DNA of 64,000 nt from Callorhinchus milii (Eukaryota). Under the pieces are notes generated by a model. That model saw only the letters and a list, made by a program, of their open reading frames with translations. It did not search any database and was not told where the DNA came from. Made by a program: the position numbers and the translations under genes. This document shows, one piece after another, positions 1 to 13,069 of this stretch (its first letter is position 1; each line of letters opens with the position of its first letter). The DNA is taken from assembly GCF_018977255.1 (NCBI RefSeq), contig NW_024704743.1, positions 15,254,001 through 15,318,000 on the forward strand, written 5' to 3'.

Positions 1-198
1 TTTCCATTTACTTTTAACCAACATGTCAGTCTGTTAATAATTTAATAGCTAATTATTATTAATATTAACCTCACTCACAACCCCACTAATCACTATTTTG
101 TTGTTATTGTTATTTTTCAATTTATGAGATCTGTGCCCCAGACCCTATCACCCGTGCCCCCCCTGTCCCCCCCCCAAGCTGCTCTCCTTAGCCCCTCT

Positions 199-270
199 CC
201 CCATGTCAACCCCCTCCCCATGTCAACTCCCCCCTCCCCATGTCAACCCCCCCCCCTCCCCATGTCACCC
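199..270 (+). repeat. Short minisatellite CCCCATGTCAAC(C)n, about 4 copies
   Basis: Visible tandem repeat. Confidence 0.8.
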
Positions 271-284
271 ACATATCACCATTT

Positions 285-490
285 GTTGTTAGTCGATTGG
301 TAGTTCGCTTTCTGGAGGTAATAATCCCTTCAAAAATAAACAATAATAATAATTTGGTCACTCAATCCATGACTGTTTGTGGGACACTGGTATGCGCAAT
401 TGGGTGCCGTGTTTCGTCCACAAGATCCACACTTTACAGTATATTCTGTGAAGCGCTTTGAGAAATTTTGACGACTTGAAAAGGCGCTAC
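285..490 (+). mobile_element. 3' part of the abundant tRNA-derived SINE family
   Basis: Body matches the copies at 46190-46525 and 55250-55530 (gttagtcgattgg...gtaataatccc...gtgggacactg...ctgtgaagcgctttgag). Confidence 0.8.
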
Positions 491-1028
491 AACAACAACA
501 ACAACAACTGCATTTATATAGTCCCCAGCCCATCATGCCGGTTAGCGTCCCGGAGTGCTTGACACTGGCGGAAACTGACCCCGAGCCATGGGAGAGGGAG
601 GGGGGAGGTGACTATAAATACGATCAAGAGGAAGGTCTTTAGGTGTGATTTGAAAGTGGTGGGGGGGTGGGGGGCAAGGCGAAGGGATTGGGGAAGAGAG
701 TACCAGAGCTTCGCACAGGTTCAGTGAATCTTGAGGGAGATCCCAGGGAAGTTGAGTTCGGACACGCAAGAAGGAAGACGTTGACAGGAGCCAAAGGGTA
801 TGGCTTCCATTTTGCTGAAGTTCAGCTGCAGGAAATTTGCGCTCATTCAGAACATTAGCGGACGAGGAGATGCAGCTGGAGAAGAAAGGGAAATAAATTT
901 GGGAATCATCCGCATACATGTGGAAGTTGACCTCATGTCTGCAGATGACATCGCCGAGAGGGAGTGTGTAAAAGATGAAAAGAAGGGGCCTAGGATGGAG
1001 CCTTGGGGTACCCCGCAGGTGACCAGGC
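488..1028 (-). mobile_element. L2-clade LINE fragment with internal deletions
   Basis: Minus-strand [10 protein letters not shown] and FHMYADD RT motifs; (TTG)n tail. Confidence 0.88.
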
Positions 1029-1109
1029 AAGTAATATTATTATTTTTGAAGGCTGTAGTTGCAAGATCAAATGGATTATTTAAAAGGGATATGCATACAC
1101 ACATATATA

Positions 1110-1190
1110 CAGTGGAAAACTATTAAGCCAGACACATCGGGCCCGGCTGGATTGTCCGGCTTAAACGGCGTCCGAGGTTAACCAAAGTCC
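1110..1190 (+). mobile_element. Possible left end of a Tigger/pogo-like DNA transposon relic
   Basis: TA|CAGTGGAAAACTATTAAG end followed by subterminal imperfect inverted repeats; no matching right TIR found. Confidence 0.3.
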
Positions 1191-1659
1191 CATTACCCCT
1201 TCTCGCCCAGCAAGGAGGCAGTGGCCCGTCATCCATCCCATTGCCGTCTCCATTTAACGGGAAAGGGACCAATTAGCAGCGGCTTCAAAGTTATTGACGG
1301 CCTGAAGCCGCTTGTGAATGTTCGGACTCCACCCATTCACAAGAGGCTCGGCTGTCAATCAATCACAAGTTAACGCCTTCCATTCCCTCTCTTGTTTCTT
1401 CCCCGTTCCTGCGACCCCCCCCCTCACTAACCAACAGCTCAACTCCAGCCGCTTGTGAATGGCTGGAGTCCACTGTCTAATCAATCGCAATTTGACTCCT
1501 CCAAACTCCATTCTGGAGCCACTCATGGCTGAATGTAGCTGCTCCGAAGACCCAAATGAGTACTTTCAGCAGTGACCAGCGTGGCATTTTGTCCAAATTA
1601 ATTGGATTGTTGTAAGAATTAATCGGCATACTTAAAACTGGTAAGAATAGAAATAAATA

Positions 1660-2620
1660 GGCGTGGGTGGGGGGTGTTGGAATCAGGGAGGGGGAAGGGC
1701 AGAGAGGGTAGGAGGATGGCCAAAGGCACGGTTGAAGAGGAGAGTCTTCAGGTGTGCCTTGAAGGAGGCAAGAGAGGGAGCGAGGCAAAGGGAATGTGGG
1801 ACGAAGTTCCAGAGGGTGGTGGCAGAGAGGCTGAAGGCTCAATCGCCTATGGTGGGCGGGCCGGGCGGGGGACATGGAGCAGGGCAGAGCCTGCTGAGCG
1901 GAGCCTGCTGGGAGTGGACAGGTTGATAAGGGGTTAACAGGTCGGAGAGGTAGGAGGGGACAAGGCCATGGAGGGCCTTGAAAGTGAGGATGAGAATTTT
2001 GAACTCAATCCTCTGAGAGATAGGGAGCCAGTGGAGCCGGGCGATGGTGGGTGTGATGGGATCATGGAGCCTCGTGCAGGAGAGGACACGGGCTGCAGAG
2101 TTCTGGATGATTTGCAGTTTGTGGAGGGAAGAGTTGGGAAGGCCGACAAGCAGGGAGTTGGCATAGTCGAGTCTGGTTGTAATGAAGGCATGTATGAGGG
2201 TTTCGGCGGCCTGAGGGGTGAGGCAGTGGTGCAGTCGGGCAACGTTGTGGTGGTGGGGAAAGGCAGCGCGGGGTCATGGAATGGATGTGGGGGAGAAACG
2301 ACAGTTGAAGGTTGAACAAGATGCCTAGATTCCTGACTGGCTTGGTGAGGCGGAGTGGTCGTCCGTGAATGCTGATGTTGCCAGTGCCTGAGGTGTGGAG
2401 GCGCTGGCGCGAGCCAACCAGTGGAGCCTCGGTCGTTAAAATGTAGAAAGTTGGCTCTCATCCAGTAGTTGATGTCTGACAGGCAGTCTGCCTGGACATC
2501 AGTGGTCCTGGGGCCGAGGGTGGAGACAGAGAGATAAAGTTGGGTGTTATCGCGTATGTGTGGAAGTTGACCCCATGTCTGCAGATGATGTCACCAACGA
2601 CCGAGACATTGGAGAGAGAC
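1660..2620 (-). mobile_element. L2-clade LINE 3' fragment
   Basis: Minus-strand DIICRHGVNFHTYA, MRANFL and LHWLP-type motifs; similar to the copy at 14240-15980. Confidence 0.9.
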
Positions 2621-3330
2621 TGAAAAAAACACAGGAGCGTACAAAGACCTATTATCTGCACTGTTTTTATATCCACAATGAACCCAGTCCCAATTAATGC
2701 AGATATAAGACTCTCTACTGTTCATATATGAGATGCATGACCATCCACATTCATACATAACAGGGAAACATTAGATTAAATAATTTGCCATGATCCAATA
2801 AAATGGCTGAACAGATCCATCAGGCTTAGTAACATACTTCCCTTCCTATGAAATGCCTTATGAAAATCCAAATTAATATAAATGCAGCATAATTCTTGCC
2901 TACTAATTTAGTTCCTTAGTGATTTCTGTGTTTGTTTTCAGGCTATATTGTTAACACCCATAAAATACTCTTTAACTTTTCCCTACTGGTCGTTGTGTTA
3001 AATCTTGTTCATAAACCATAAGCAATTATTTTTTTAAGTGCTTTTAAGTGATGGTTATCAGGTGCCTTTTATTTTAATATTGCTTCTTCTTTATTTAGGC
3101 AGCACATAAACTCATGTACCAGTCTGAGCCATTGTAAGTGATCTAGAAGTTCCCAGGTTTCACTGGTGGTCTGTGCTGAGTTACTTTACCTGAACCAAGC
3201 CTATTGTGCAAGACACAGAATCCCTGACTTAGGAAAGTCAGGTTTTCCACCATTGATCAGTATTTATTGACTTGCTGGAATATTTGTGTGTGTAAATGTA
3301 ATTCCATTACTTTTCTCTTGTATTTGGTAG

Positions 3331-3547
3331 GCCAGTGGTGGAGTTGCTGATATCCGAGGCAGTGGAGATGCCAGTGAATCTGGACTAACTGGTGTGGACA
3401 AGACTTCACTACTTAATACCGCAATCCAGCGCGCAAGCCCACGACCACGCGATTATAGTCCTTTCAACTATTCTGATAATACGTCTGTAAATAAATCTGC
3501 TTTAAAGGAAGCCATGTTTGATGATGATGCTGAGCAGTTCCCTGACG
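3331..3547 (+). CDS. CLASP2: CLASP2 internal coding exon (linker before the C-terminal CLIP-interacting domain)
   Basis: ttggtag|GCC acceptor and GAC G|gtatgt donor; translates ASGGVADIRGSGDASESG...SPRPRDYSPFNYSD...KSALKEAMFDDDAEQFPD; phase 1 joins the exon at 7867. Confidence 0.93.
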
Positions 3548-4689
3548 GTATGTACCGAGCAGTAAGAATTGTTATTTGATCATGATCAAAGCAACTGGTC
3601 ATAGAAAGTTTACAACACAAAAAGCAGCTATTTCAAATCACTGTATCCACTCTGATGGTAGCCTTTCTATTGAAGGATCCTGTCCTAAAGAACTCTTCCT
3701 GCTAATCCTTTCCAGTTGTTAAGATAAAGGAGGATAAAAGAATGGTCAAGTGATCTGAAATAGAAAATGAGATTAAGTTTTTAGGAAATGTACAATCACA
3801 TTTTAAAAGGCTTTTAGTTGTCTATTTACAGCAATTAGGTTAAGGAAACAGTAGTACTCCTGATGGATCCAAAAGGGGGACATGATATTGAATAACATTG
3901 GGTCACAGGAAAATTGAGAGTTTTCCTAAGTGGAGTTAAAATTTGCGAAATAAGAGAAATTTTAAGAACAATAGATATTTTGATTAATGAAATGGACTGA
4001 AGACCCAGACCCATGAAAAGATTTCAATGACCAGGATTAAGTGTACACAGGGTTACAGAAAGAAGGAAGATGAAATAACAGAGCACCTAAAGTTATAAGA
4101 GGAGTTAACATGGCTACTGGGGGTGACTGGGTGACCAATCGATTGGAGCTGATACAAAGCTGGAGGTATTCCCTCCCTCCCAAGTGACTGGAAATGGTTT
4201 GGTCAAGTATAAAAACTTGGCTAGATGAGGGAGTTGGTCTGACGAGTGTTAAATTATGTTTAATGTTGACTAATGAGGAGTAATAATTTTAGGAAAAAAT
4301 AATGAAGAGGTGGAATATAAACGAGTATTAGTTAGTTTGGGCACACAGCACAGGGAACAAACTTGAGTACTGTACTTGTGGAAAGATTGATTAAATTATC
4401 CAAACTCTGTGCAGCAGAAATAAAGGGAGCAAACAAATTATTAAGTTGTTGGTTCCAATAACAACAATCCTTACATTTGGTTTTGTGCCTTTCACTGCAG
4501 TAGGTTATCTCAAAGCTTCACATAATATACTGTGAGCTGAGTGTCTGTTTTGTGGGTGAGAGCAGCAACCAATTTGCACACAGCAGTGTCTCACCAATAG
4601 CCATGACGTGCATGACCAATTATATACGGGGGATTGTTGGCTGGGTCACTGGGAGAAACTATCTTGTGGGGGATGACCGTAGGTACGGT

Positions 4690-5340
4690 CGAAGAGGAAG
4701 GTTTTAAGGCACAACCTGAAGATGGGTAGGAAGGGCAAGACGGAGGGAATGAGGGAGAGTTTTCCAGAGTTTCAGGACGTAGTGGCTCTAAGCTTGGACG
4801 CCAATGATGGAACGAAGGGCACAAGAGACAAATAGGAGGCAGTAACCAATTGAGCGGCAGCAACAGGTTGTGAATTGGAGAGTAAGCAAGTCGCAGAAGA
4901 ATTTGAAGATGAATATGAGGATCTTGAAATCGATCTGTTCAGTGATAAGGAGCCAGTGGAGCCTGGTAAGAACTGGTGTGGTGGGGGTACGAAGTTTAGT
5001 GCAGGTGAGTACACAGTTTGTGGACTGAAGCTGGGGAGCCTGGTGAGGAGGGCATTGGAGTAGTCAAGGCGGAAGGTAACGATCCCATGGATGAGGGTTT
5101 CGGCTGCATTTGGGGTCAGATACAGTCTTAGGTGGGCATTGTGACGGAGTTGAGTGAGGTCATGGTCAGAGACAGGATGTGTGGTAGGAAGGACAGCTGT
5201 GGGTCGAACCCAACATCTAAGTTGCGCTTGGTTCGATGAGTCTGAGGGATAGGTTGGGGAGGTCAGAGTCACAGGTAAGAAGACGTTGACAGAAGCCAAG
5301 TAGTATGGCTTCCATCTTGTCAACGTTCATCTGCAGGAAG
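4690..5340 (-). mobile_element. Degraded L2-clade LINE fragment
   Basis: [25 protein letters not shown] motif on the minus strand. Confidence 0.85.
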
Positions 5341-5427
5341 AGGATTTCCCCCCTTGCACTCCTTTCCCCTCACTCCCCCCTGACGTTCCTTCCCCCTCGT
5401 TTACTCCTTCCCAATTGTTTCCCCATC

Positions 5428-5866
5428 GCTTCAGTTATGAGGAGAGGCTAGAGAAGCTAGGATTATTCTCCTTGGAGCAGAGATGGTTAAGAGGAGACTT
5501 AATAGAAGTTTTGAAAAGTATGAGGGGATTTGATAGGGTGAACAAGGAGAAACTATTTTCACTGGCGGGTGGGTCGGTAACCCGAGGACACCGATTTAAA
5601 ATAGTTGTTGAAGGAAGCATAGGGGAGGTGAGGAGAAATTTTTTTACACAGCGAGTTGTTCGGATCTGGAATGCATTGCTTGAAAGGGTGGCGGAAGCCG
5701 ATTCAATAACAGCTTTAAAGAGAGAAGCAGATAATTATTTGGGGAGGACAAGTTTGCAGGGCTATGGGGAGAGAGCGGGGGTGTGGGATTAAATTGAATA
5801 GCTCTTTTCAAAGAGCCGGCACAGACACAATGGGCCAAATGGCCTCCTTTTGTGCTAATTCTATGA
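5428..5866 (+). mobile_element. CR1-clade LINE 3' end
   Basis: SYEERLEKLGLFSLEQRWLRGDLIEV...TRGHRFK...FFTQRVVRIWNAL followed by the CR1 tail gggccaaatggcctcct...ttctatga. Confidence 0.92.
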
Positions 5867-7866
5867 TGAATGTATTTTCCTCTTTAGGAGGATACGTCCT
5901 GTTTCGGTTAGTGCTTTTATGTAGTGTCTTATAAGGGGTAATCATGTGGACAATATGACGTCAAGGCAGATTTATGAAAAATTACTCCAATAAATCTCAC
6001 CTTTCCAGGCAAATGTCCGTTGATTGTCAATGGGATCCAGTTACATACTGTAACCGTATCTGGAAGATGTCAGTAATGAAAGAACTAAAATGACCCAGAA
6101 AGATAGGAAATCTCTCTTCAAGGATTAGCTTTCTGAATGTAATGCAGGAGGTGGATGTGTTGTGCAACTAACATATAACTAGTTGTGGCCAGTTTCAATG
6201 CAAGGTCAATATTGAGGCCGTCAGTATATGAATGTGCCTTTACCTATATTTGATGTATGTATGTTGACATGTTTACACCAGAAACACGGGTCAGGTAATA
6301 CTGTGTTGACAAAATATTTTGGCCAGCAGATGCAATGTTGAAAGCTGACACCGGCATCAGTCAGTGTAATTTGTTGTTGTGTGGAACTTCTGAAGACATT
6401 GTTTTATATTTACACATTTGGGAAAAATGATAGGGGAAGCCATGTACACTTTTCTTTGCAGAATGGGTTTAGTGACACCATTGAGTTTGTTCCCCATCCT
6501 CATTGCAGAACTAAAACACTATAAATTTGAAACATTGTCAGTTTATTTTGGGAAATTTTCAGTGCTACTGTTTCTTTTGACAGTTTTACCCCTCTTTTAA
6601 TAGTAAAGAACCCTAAATAAAATATATGCTATTACACAAATCACCACCTGCGTAAACTTTGGAGTTGGAGGATCTCAAATATTCTTAAAACTCTGAACTA
6701 AAGATAAAATTGCCATGTAAGAATGCAATACAGTGCTTGTCCAGGTAGAACCACCCAACTTGTTATGGTTTCAGTTTGCAGGGTTGAGACTATGTCTACA
6801 TTTCCAAGATCTCATTGGCAAGTCAAACAGGTTGGTGCCTTGTGTTTGTGCCGACTTGCCTGGCTCTCACAAGCTTAACCATTCAGTCAAGTATTCCCTA
6901 ATCTTATATTGCATAAACATTTGTCTTCAGACCAGTTCTCATTTTCTTCCGTCATTGGCAGCATTGTTATGGGTCTTTCCAAATGGAAAATAATCTTTCC
7001 CGCTCCTGAATAAGCAAGAAGTATGATCTTTGTCAATTTGATGTTCCTACACTTATCTGTTCCAAACTTCCAGTTTTGCATATTTCTTTACAGGATTTTT
7101 ATAACTTGATGCCAGCAAAGTGGCTTTATTCACTGCATCTTCATTAAGGGCAAACTTGAGAACTGAATTTTCAGTCAAGATATGGAAAAGACGAACAAGC
7201 TGTCCACCTCAGAACTTTATCAAATGGGCAGGGGGAAAACAAATCAGTAGCTAATCAGTTTCATTCATTCACAATTTGTGCGTGTATGTGTCTCTCTCTC
7301 TGGCACATTCTTCCTTTGACTTGTTCATGCTTCAGTGGAAATAATCTGAATACATTGCAGTAATTTGCTCTCCCCAAAAAAGGTATATTTGCAATATTAT
7401 AATTTCTGAATTTAATATGTAGATATAATACTTTCCATTGTCTGTCTAATATTTAAGACTTCAGACTGAATTATTAAGCTTGAAAAGCCTTTTCCATGAC
7501 CTTGATCGCTTCATTGACTTTGGAAGTCAGAAATCTAATACCCAAAGGTTTTCCAAAACATTCAGTTATTGTATGCCATTGAGTCCATGGTTCATGAACT
7601 GCTTGTGTTGGAATTAATTGGAAATACTGTATTTTGCTAGTGTTTGTATTTTTGACTGCACCTTCTGAAAGTTGAAGTGCTGTTTCTTTCCAACCGATTT
7701 ATTTTCTAGCCTTACCTGCTATTATTAAGAATGTCATAACTTTAAATATCGTTGAAGTTCTGGATTCCTCTTTGAATATTTCACACTCTTTTTTTTCTTT
7801 CTTGAATCATTTAGCATTTTTTTCGCAAACATTAATATTGGTGTATTTTTTTTTGCACAACAACAG

Positions 7867-8060
7867 ATCTTGCTTTGGATCAGTCTGATTTGGTTGCAGA
7901 ACTACTGAAGGAACTGTCCAATCACAATGAACGAGTAGAAGAGCGTAAAGCAGCAATGTATGAGCTCCTGAAATCTATTCGAGAAGAGTCTTTGGGAGTG
8001 TGGGATGAGCATTTCAAAACTGTTCTATTGCTGCTTCTTGAGACACTTGGGGATAGAGAG
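7867..8060 (+). CDS. CLASP2: CLASP2 coding exon
   Basis: caacag|AT and GAG|gtaaag; (D)LALDQSDLVAELLKELSNHNERVEERKAAMYELLKSIREESLGVWDEHFKTVLLLLLETLGDRE, recognisable CLASP C-terminal domain. Confidence 0.96.
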
Positions 8061-8141
8061 GTAAAGTAGCATGATTATCATTTTAAGAATCGGCATATAA
8101 AATTAAATAAAAATTTCCAGCCTTTTCAAGTTCTATTCTTC

Positions 8142-8728
8142 TCTAAACTAATAAAGACAGAATACAATAATCGACTGACATAGAGACATGATTTATATCT
8201 CATTGGAAAGGTCTTGCATGGAGAGTGCCATGGGCATATTTTTGTTGGGGGGGAATCTCCTATCGTTGATGTGCTATATTAAAAATATATTTAAAAATGC
8301 TTTAATTAAGCCTCCAAAAAGGTTTACATGTATTCTGCAACAAAGTAGCAACAGGTCACACATTCTTCTGGAGAGATACGTCTATACTAATAAAGACAAA
8401 ATGTCTGTGTGTGTCAGGAGTCCTCCCAACCCGGAGTCCTCTCACTGAGTCCTCCCACTTAATCCTCCCACTCAGCCCTCCCATTGTATCTTCCCACTGA
8501 GTCCTCCCAATAGGACTCCTCCCACAGAAATCCTCCCAAAAGGATATGTGTGAAAATATGTGAACAAAGGATGCTAACGAGTTCAGTAGCACATGTTCTT
8601 AATCTTAAGGGATAAAGATGCCTAAGAAGCGAAGATCAAGCCTTTCAAGGACAAATAAAAGTTCAAGGAGAAAGGGAAAAGGATTAAATTAAACTAGTTG
8701 CAACTGTAGCTGCAACGGGTACAGCTAG
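8142..8728 (+). mobile_element. Probable non-autonomous Helitron-like element containing a GAGTCCTCCCACT minisatellite (8417-8538)
   Basis: TCTA(A/T)ACTAATAAAG starts at 8142 and 8381; ends ...gcaacgggtacagCTAG|T; second copy begins at 32406. Confidence 0.5.
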
Positions 8729-9002
8729 TAGTAATTAAAGAGCTCCCAGTGTTATTGCCAGTCAATGCTTCGTTGGAGATGACCACTTAGAATGTTTTTA
8801 TTCTCTGTGGTAATTGCCGAGGTTCTAATTGGCCACTTCCTATTGGAACGCTTCAAGAAATAATGATAATAATCCTTGCATTTGACGTAGTACCCGTAAT
8901 ATAAAACATCTCAAAACATTTCCTAGGGAAGTCAAGTGCAATGTCTATTTTTTGTAGAGAAATACAGCATCCATTTTGCACACAACTGACACAAACAGCT
9001 GT

Positions 9003-9850
9003 GTTTGATAACACCCAACTCTATGTCTCCGCCTCCACCCTCGATTCCAGGACCACTGCTGTCCTGACAAAATGTATGTCAGACATCAAGTCCTGGATGA
9101 GAGCTAACTTTCTACAGTTGAATGTCAACAAGACCGAGGCTCTCCTAATTGGCTCCTCCACACCTCAGGCGCTGACAGTATCACCATCCAGGGATGCACA
9201 CTCCACCTCATCGAGCCAGTCCAGAATCTTGATGTCTTGTTTGACCCTCAACTGACCTTTCTACCCCACATCCTTGCCATGATCTGCTCTGCCTTCCCCT
9301 ACTTCCACAACATCGCCCGGCTTCGCCATTGCCTCACCCCTCAGGATGCCGAAACCCCCATCCACGCATTAATCACATCTAGGCTCAACTACGCCAACTC
9401 TGTGCTTGTCGGCCTTCCCAACTCTTCACTCCACAAGGTGCAAATCATCAATAACTGCAGCTCCTATCCTATCCTATCCTGCACCAGGCTCCGTAACCCC
9501 ATCACTCCCACCCTTCCCCAGCTCCACTGGCTCTCCATCCCCCACAGGGTAGAGTTCAAAATCCTGATTCTTGCCTTCAAGGCCCTCCACAGCCTTGCTC
9601 CTCCATACCTCTGAGTCCTGCTGACCTCATATCACAGCTCAGTAGGCTGTGGCCTGCTTCACATTCCCGCCTGTCCCATCCCACAATCAGTGGTCGGGCC
9701 TTTAGCCTTTCTGCCCCCACCCTATGGAACTCCATCCCACATTCCCTTCGCCTCATTACTTCCCTTGCTTCCTTTAAGGCGCGTCTCAAAACCCTCCTCT
9801 TCAACCAAGCCTTTAGCCACCCTCCCCGATCCTGACCCTCAGCTCGGGTC
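9003..9850 (+). mobile_element. L2-clade LINE 3' fragment, followed by a SINE tail to ~9970
   Basis: DNTQLY, WMRANFLQLNVNKTE and LHWLSIPHRVEFKIL motifs. Confidence 0.9.
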
Positions 9851-10231
9851 CAAATCCCTGACGTTTCGCCCAGAAAATACAGTCAATTCACTTTGCCGTA
9901 TATTCTGTGAAACACTTTGAAATGTCTCGAAGATGTGATGAGGCGCTTTATCAAATGGAAGGATTATTATTCATTATAATGATAGGTGTTATATAAATGT
10001 AACTTCCCATCGGTCTCCGTGATGCCTCAGCCCACAGAACAACGGAAAGAGAGCTGGATCGAGTGGTATGAGGCAGTGTGGAGAGCAACGGGAAGAGAGC
10101 TGGAGTGGGAGGTATTTATACAGTGGTGTAACTAGGAATGGAAATTTGCCTACCCAAATTTCCACTCCCAGCTCTGCCACAGCTGGAAAAATGTTAATTC
10201 TTAGTTTTAACGGTTTTACATTTCTTTACAG

Positions 10232-10360
10232 CATACAATCAGAGCGTTAGCATTAAGAGTTTTGAGGGAGATTTTAAAAAACCAGCCAGAAAGATTCAAA
10301 AATTATGCCGAACTCACGATCATAAGGACCTTGGAAGCCCATAAAGATCCGCACAAAGAG
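10232..10360 (+). CDS. CLASP2: CLASP2 coding exon (not in the ORF track)
   Basis: tttacag|CAT and GAG|gttagt; 129 nt; HTIRALALRVLREILKNQPERFKNYAELTIIRTLEAHKDPHKE. Confidence 0.96.
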
Positions 10361-10549
10361 GTTAGTCTTTACTGATTCTCTAAATATATAAGGAATAAGA
10401 TAGTTTGTTCTTTCAACGGTTTAATGTAGTTGTCGCTCTTGTTTAAATTAATTGCTGGTGAAAACATCTTTGGATGGGGAGGGAGGTATGATCTAGCAAT
10501 ACCAAACTCACCGGAGGATGGGGAACGAAGGGTGGTCGTTATGGTAATA

Positions 10550-10991
10550 CAGTAAACTCCAGATAACTCGACCCTTGCTTAACTCGTCACTTTAAATCGT
10601 CTTTCCCTCAATTTAAAGACCGCTTCCCATCTAAACTATTAATAAGGGACATTGCTTTACTCGTTTCTCTGCTTAACACATGACTCATCGCATTGCAGAA
10701 ATTCTTGTAAGTACTTGCAATATAAAATTGATTGGATAACGTGTCCTATAAGATGGTCCCTTGCATCGCAGAGACCTCCCTCCCTATCCTGTGACTGATG
10801 TGGGCACTCGTGGAGGTTGGGCACACATGCTCAGATGCGATGTCCGCAGCAAGCCTGTGCTGGCTGAGCAAGCGATAGAGTGTTGCCAAGCAGCTGGGAG
10901 CATGGCGGGGAACTATGGCTAACTCATCACATCAGATAATTTGTCACTGGTTCCTTTTTCCTTGAAGTGACAAGTTATCCGGAGTTTACTG
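10550..10991. mobile_element. Complete Tigger/pogo-like (Tc1/mariner superfamily) MITE, 442 bp
   Basis: 21-bp TIRs CAGTAAACTCC(A/G)GATAACT(C/T)G with 2 mismatches; TA on both sides. Confidence 0.85.
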
Positions 10992-11501
10992 TATTTGGGC
11001 CCACGTCTTATAAATAAGACCAAACAAAGATTGAATCTCATTCTTCCTGCTTGGCAGATAGAACAGAATTAGCAGTTTCCACATATTTGGGGTGGGGGGA
11101 GGGGGAGGAACATGTTTCCACATCTGAGGGATGCACCTACATGTAGCCATGAGGGATTATCATATCAACATTTTGGAATTCCCTTCAATTTAAGATTGAA
11201 ATTCCTCTGGGAAAACAACAAATAGACAAATTCCTAGGTTTGGTGGTAATCTTGTCCCTGTTAGTACACCGGTTTCCACCAGGAAAAAAAATCTTTGCAT
11301 TTGATGAACCGTTTGATGATGAACCATCTGATGCAGGAACCCATAGCCCAATAGCTTTAAAGCTTGAGACAGTTTTTAAAAAAGGAACTCTCCAACCCAC
11401 ACCATCTCAAGCAATGATAGTATAATTCTTATAATATAATTTCTTAAGTGAGGGGGGTGGGGCCAGTCAAGTAATTATAGTGCAGTAATTTAAGTTGGAA
11501 T

Positions 11502-12020
11502 CAAGCCAGCCCTCTGTGGCGGTCTCGGTGGTCCAGTTCCTGAGCCAGGTGGGTTCGCAGTATTCCAGGGCACTGGTGATGATAGCACAGGACCTGGCTC
11601 ATCGGCAGGACCTGGGAGGACAGTTCAGGCTCTGGGGGTAGGGAGTCATCCCACTCAGCTGCTGTTAACCCTGCAAGCCAAAGCGCTAACGGGTATGTAT
11701 GGTGGTCCTAACAGGAAAGGTTGCCAGACAGCAATATCAATGGCAAGTTATGTGGTTTTAGCTGGTTAGACTCTAGCAGTATCCCAACGCACCTCCGGGG
11801 TCCCCAGGCCTTGGCTTTTGCCAACCTGCACCTAATACTTTCCGGAATTAGATAAGCAGATGCGTCCCTCCAGGGGGAGAGTGCACATTCCATTCCAACA
11901 ATTTTTCTCTGGGATTTCTATGTGTAGGTGGAATGCATGGAATTCTTAGTTTGGTTTGGATACTTTTAAGCATGGTGATGGGTTTCCACACATGTCAGAC
12001 ACTCGGCTGACCAAAAAAAA
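11502..12020 (+). mobile_element. Unclassified poly(A)-tailed retroposon, longest copy in the window
   Basis: Ends GTCAGacactcggCTGACc-A8; homologous pieces at ~25012-25430(-), 31310-31395(+), 35289-35740(-), 38188-38363(+), 47132-47410(-), 47720-47970(+), 49200-49352(+), 55710-55925(-). Confidence 0.75.
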
Positions 12021-13069
12021 GAGTTGGCTCTCAAAGCTTGTTCCCAGTCGAAGATTGAGGGGTTTTGGTGCGAGTCTTCCTCCCTAACAATCCTGAGAGA
12101 TGACCATCCATAGGATTGTTCAGTAACAAGAAATGCAGGGTTGATATTTGATATTTGCGCATCTCACTTTTTGCTCAAAATAAGTGAGACTCTAGAAATG
12201 TGAGTTTGTGGATGATTTTAGCCATTCATGATCTCAAGAGCACGTACAAAATGTCAAATTTGGAATTAGCATATTGATCTTTTCTGGGAAGGCCATGTTT
12301 GTTTATAAGCCCTTGAAAGGACATAGTTCAGTGTTACCTAATATGTTTATCCCTGCCCCCCACCCCCATCAAGTCCAAAATTTTAATGTGCAGTCAGCCG
12401 CCTTGAGATAGTTTTGAAGTTTGAAACGCAAGATGTGAATTTTTAAACTAGTTCCTGGATTTAACATCTTTAAATTGGATAGGTTTTGTTAGATCTGACC
12501 ACAAGATGCACTTGTTAGTGGTGAAAAGTCTCTAACCCCTGGAATTCTGGAACTCCCTGGCTTAATCCCACCACTTTGCCTCCTCATTCTTTAAATCCCA
12601 CTTTAATAGGTCTTCCCCTTCTCCCTTGTTCAGCATCTAATTTCACCACTGTGCAGCTTTCCAAGATGTTATCCTGAATGAGGGGAGCTATGTAAATGCA
12701 AGTTGTTGAAGGAATTAAGTGAAGTTCAAAGACATAAATATGAGAATATCCTGTGGCCCATGGAACCATTAGCTAAAATTGTTTTAATATATAATTGCTC
12801 ATCTGTTTTAAACGGTCCTATAGTGCTTATATTTCAGTGGGATTGTGTGTAAGACTGGAAATAAGACATTTGCAGCAACATTAATATGTCATTCATTCTT
12901 GCCTTAGTAAGATGTCCAATGTATTGTAAAACATAGTAGTGCTAAGTGCTCTGAGGCATCGTCCTGCCATGAAAAGCACTATATGAATGTGAATTATAAT
13001 GTTTGGACCGTGCATGAGAGAACTGCTCACCAGCTGTGTCCTTGCTACTACATTGTGCTAGTTCACCTT

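Noticed and set aside
3720..4340. Purine-rich stretch as a possible old LINE or exon
   Set aside because: No interpretable translation or motif found.
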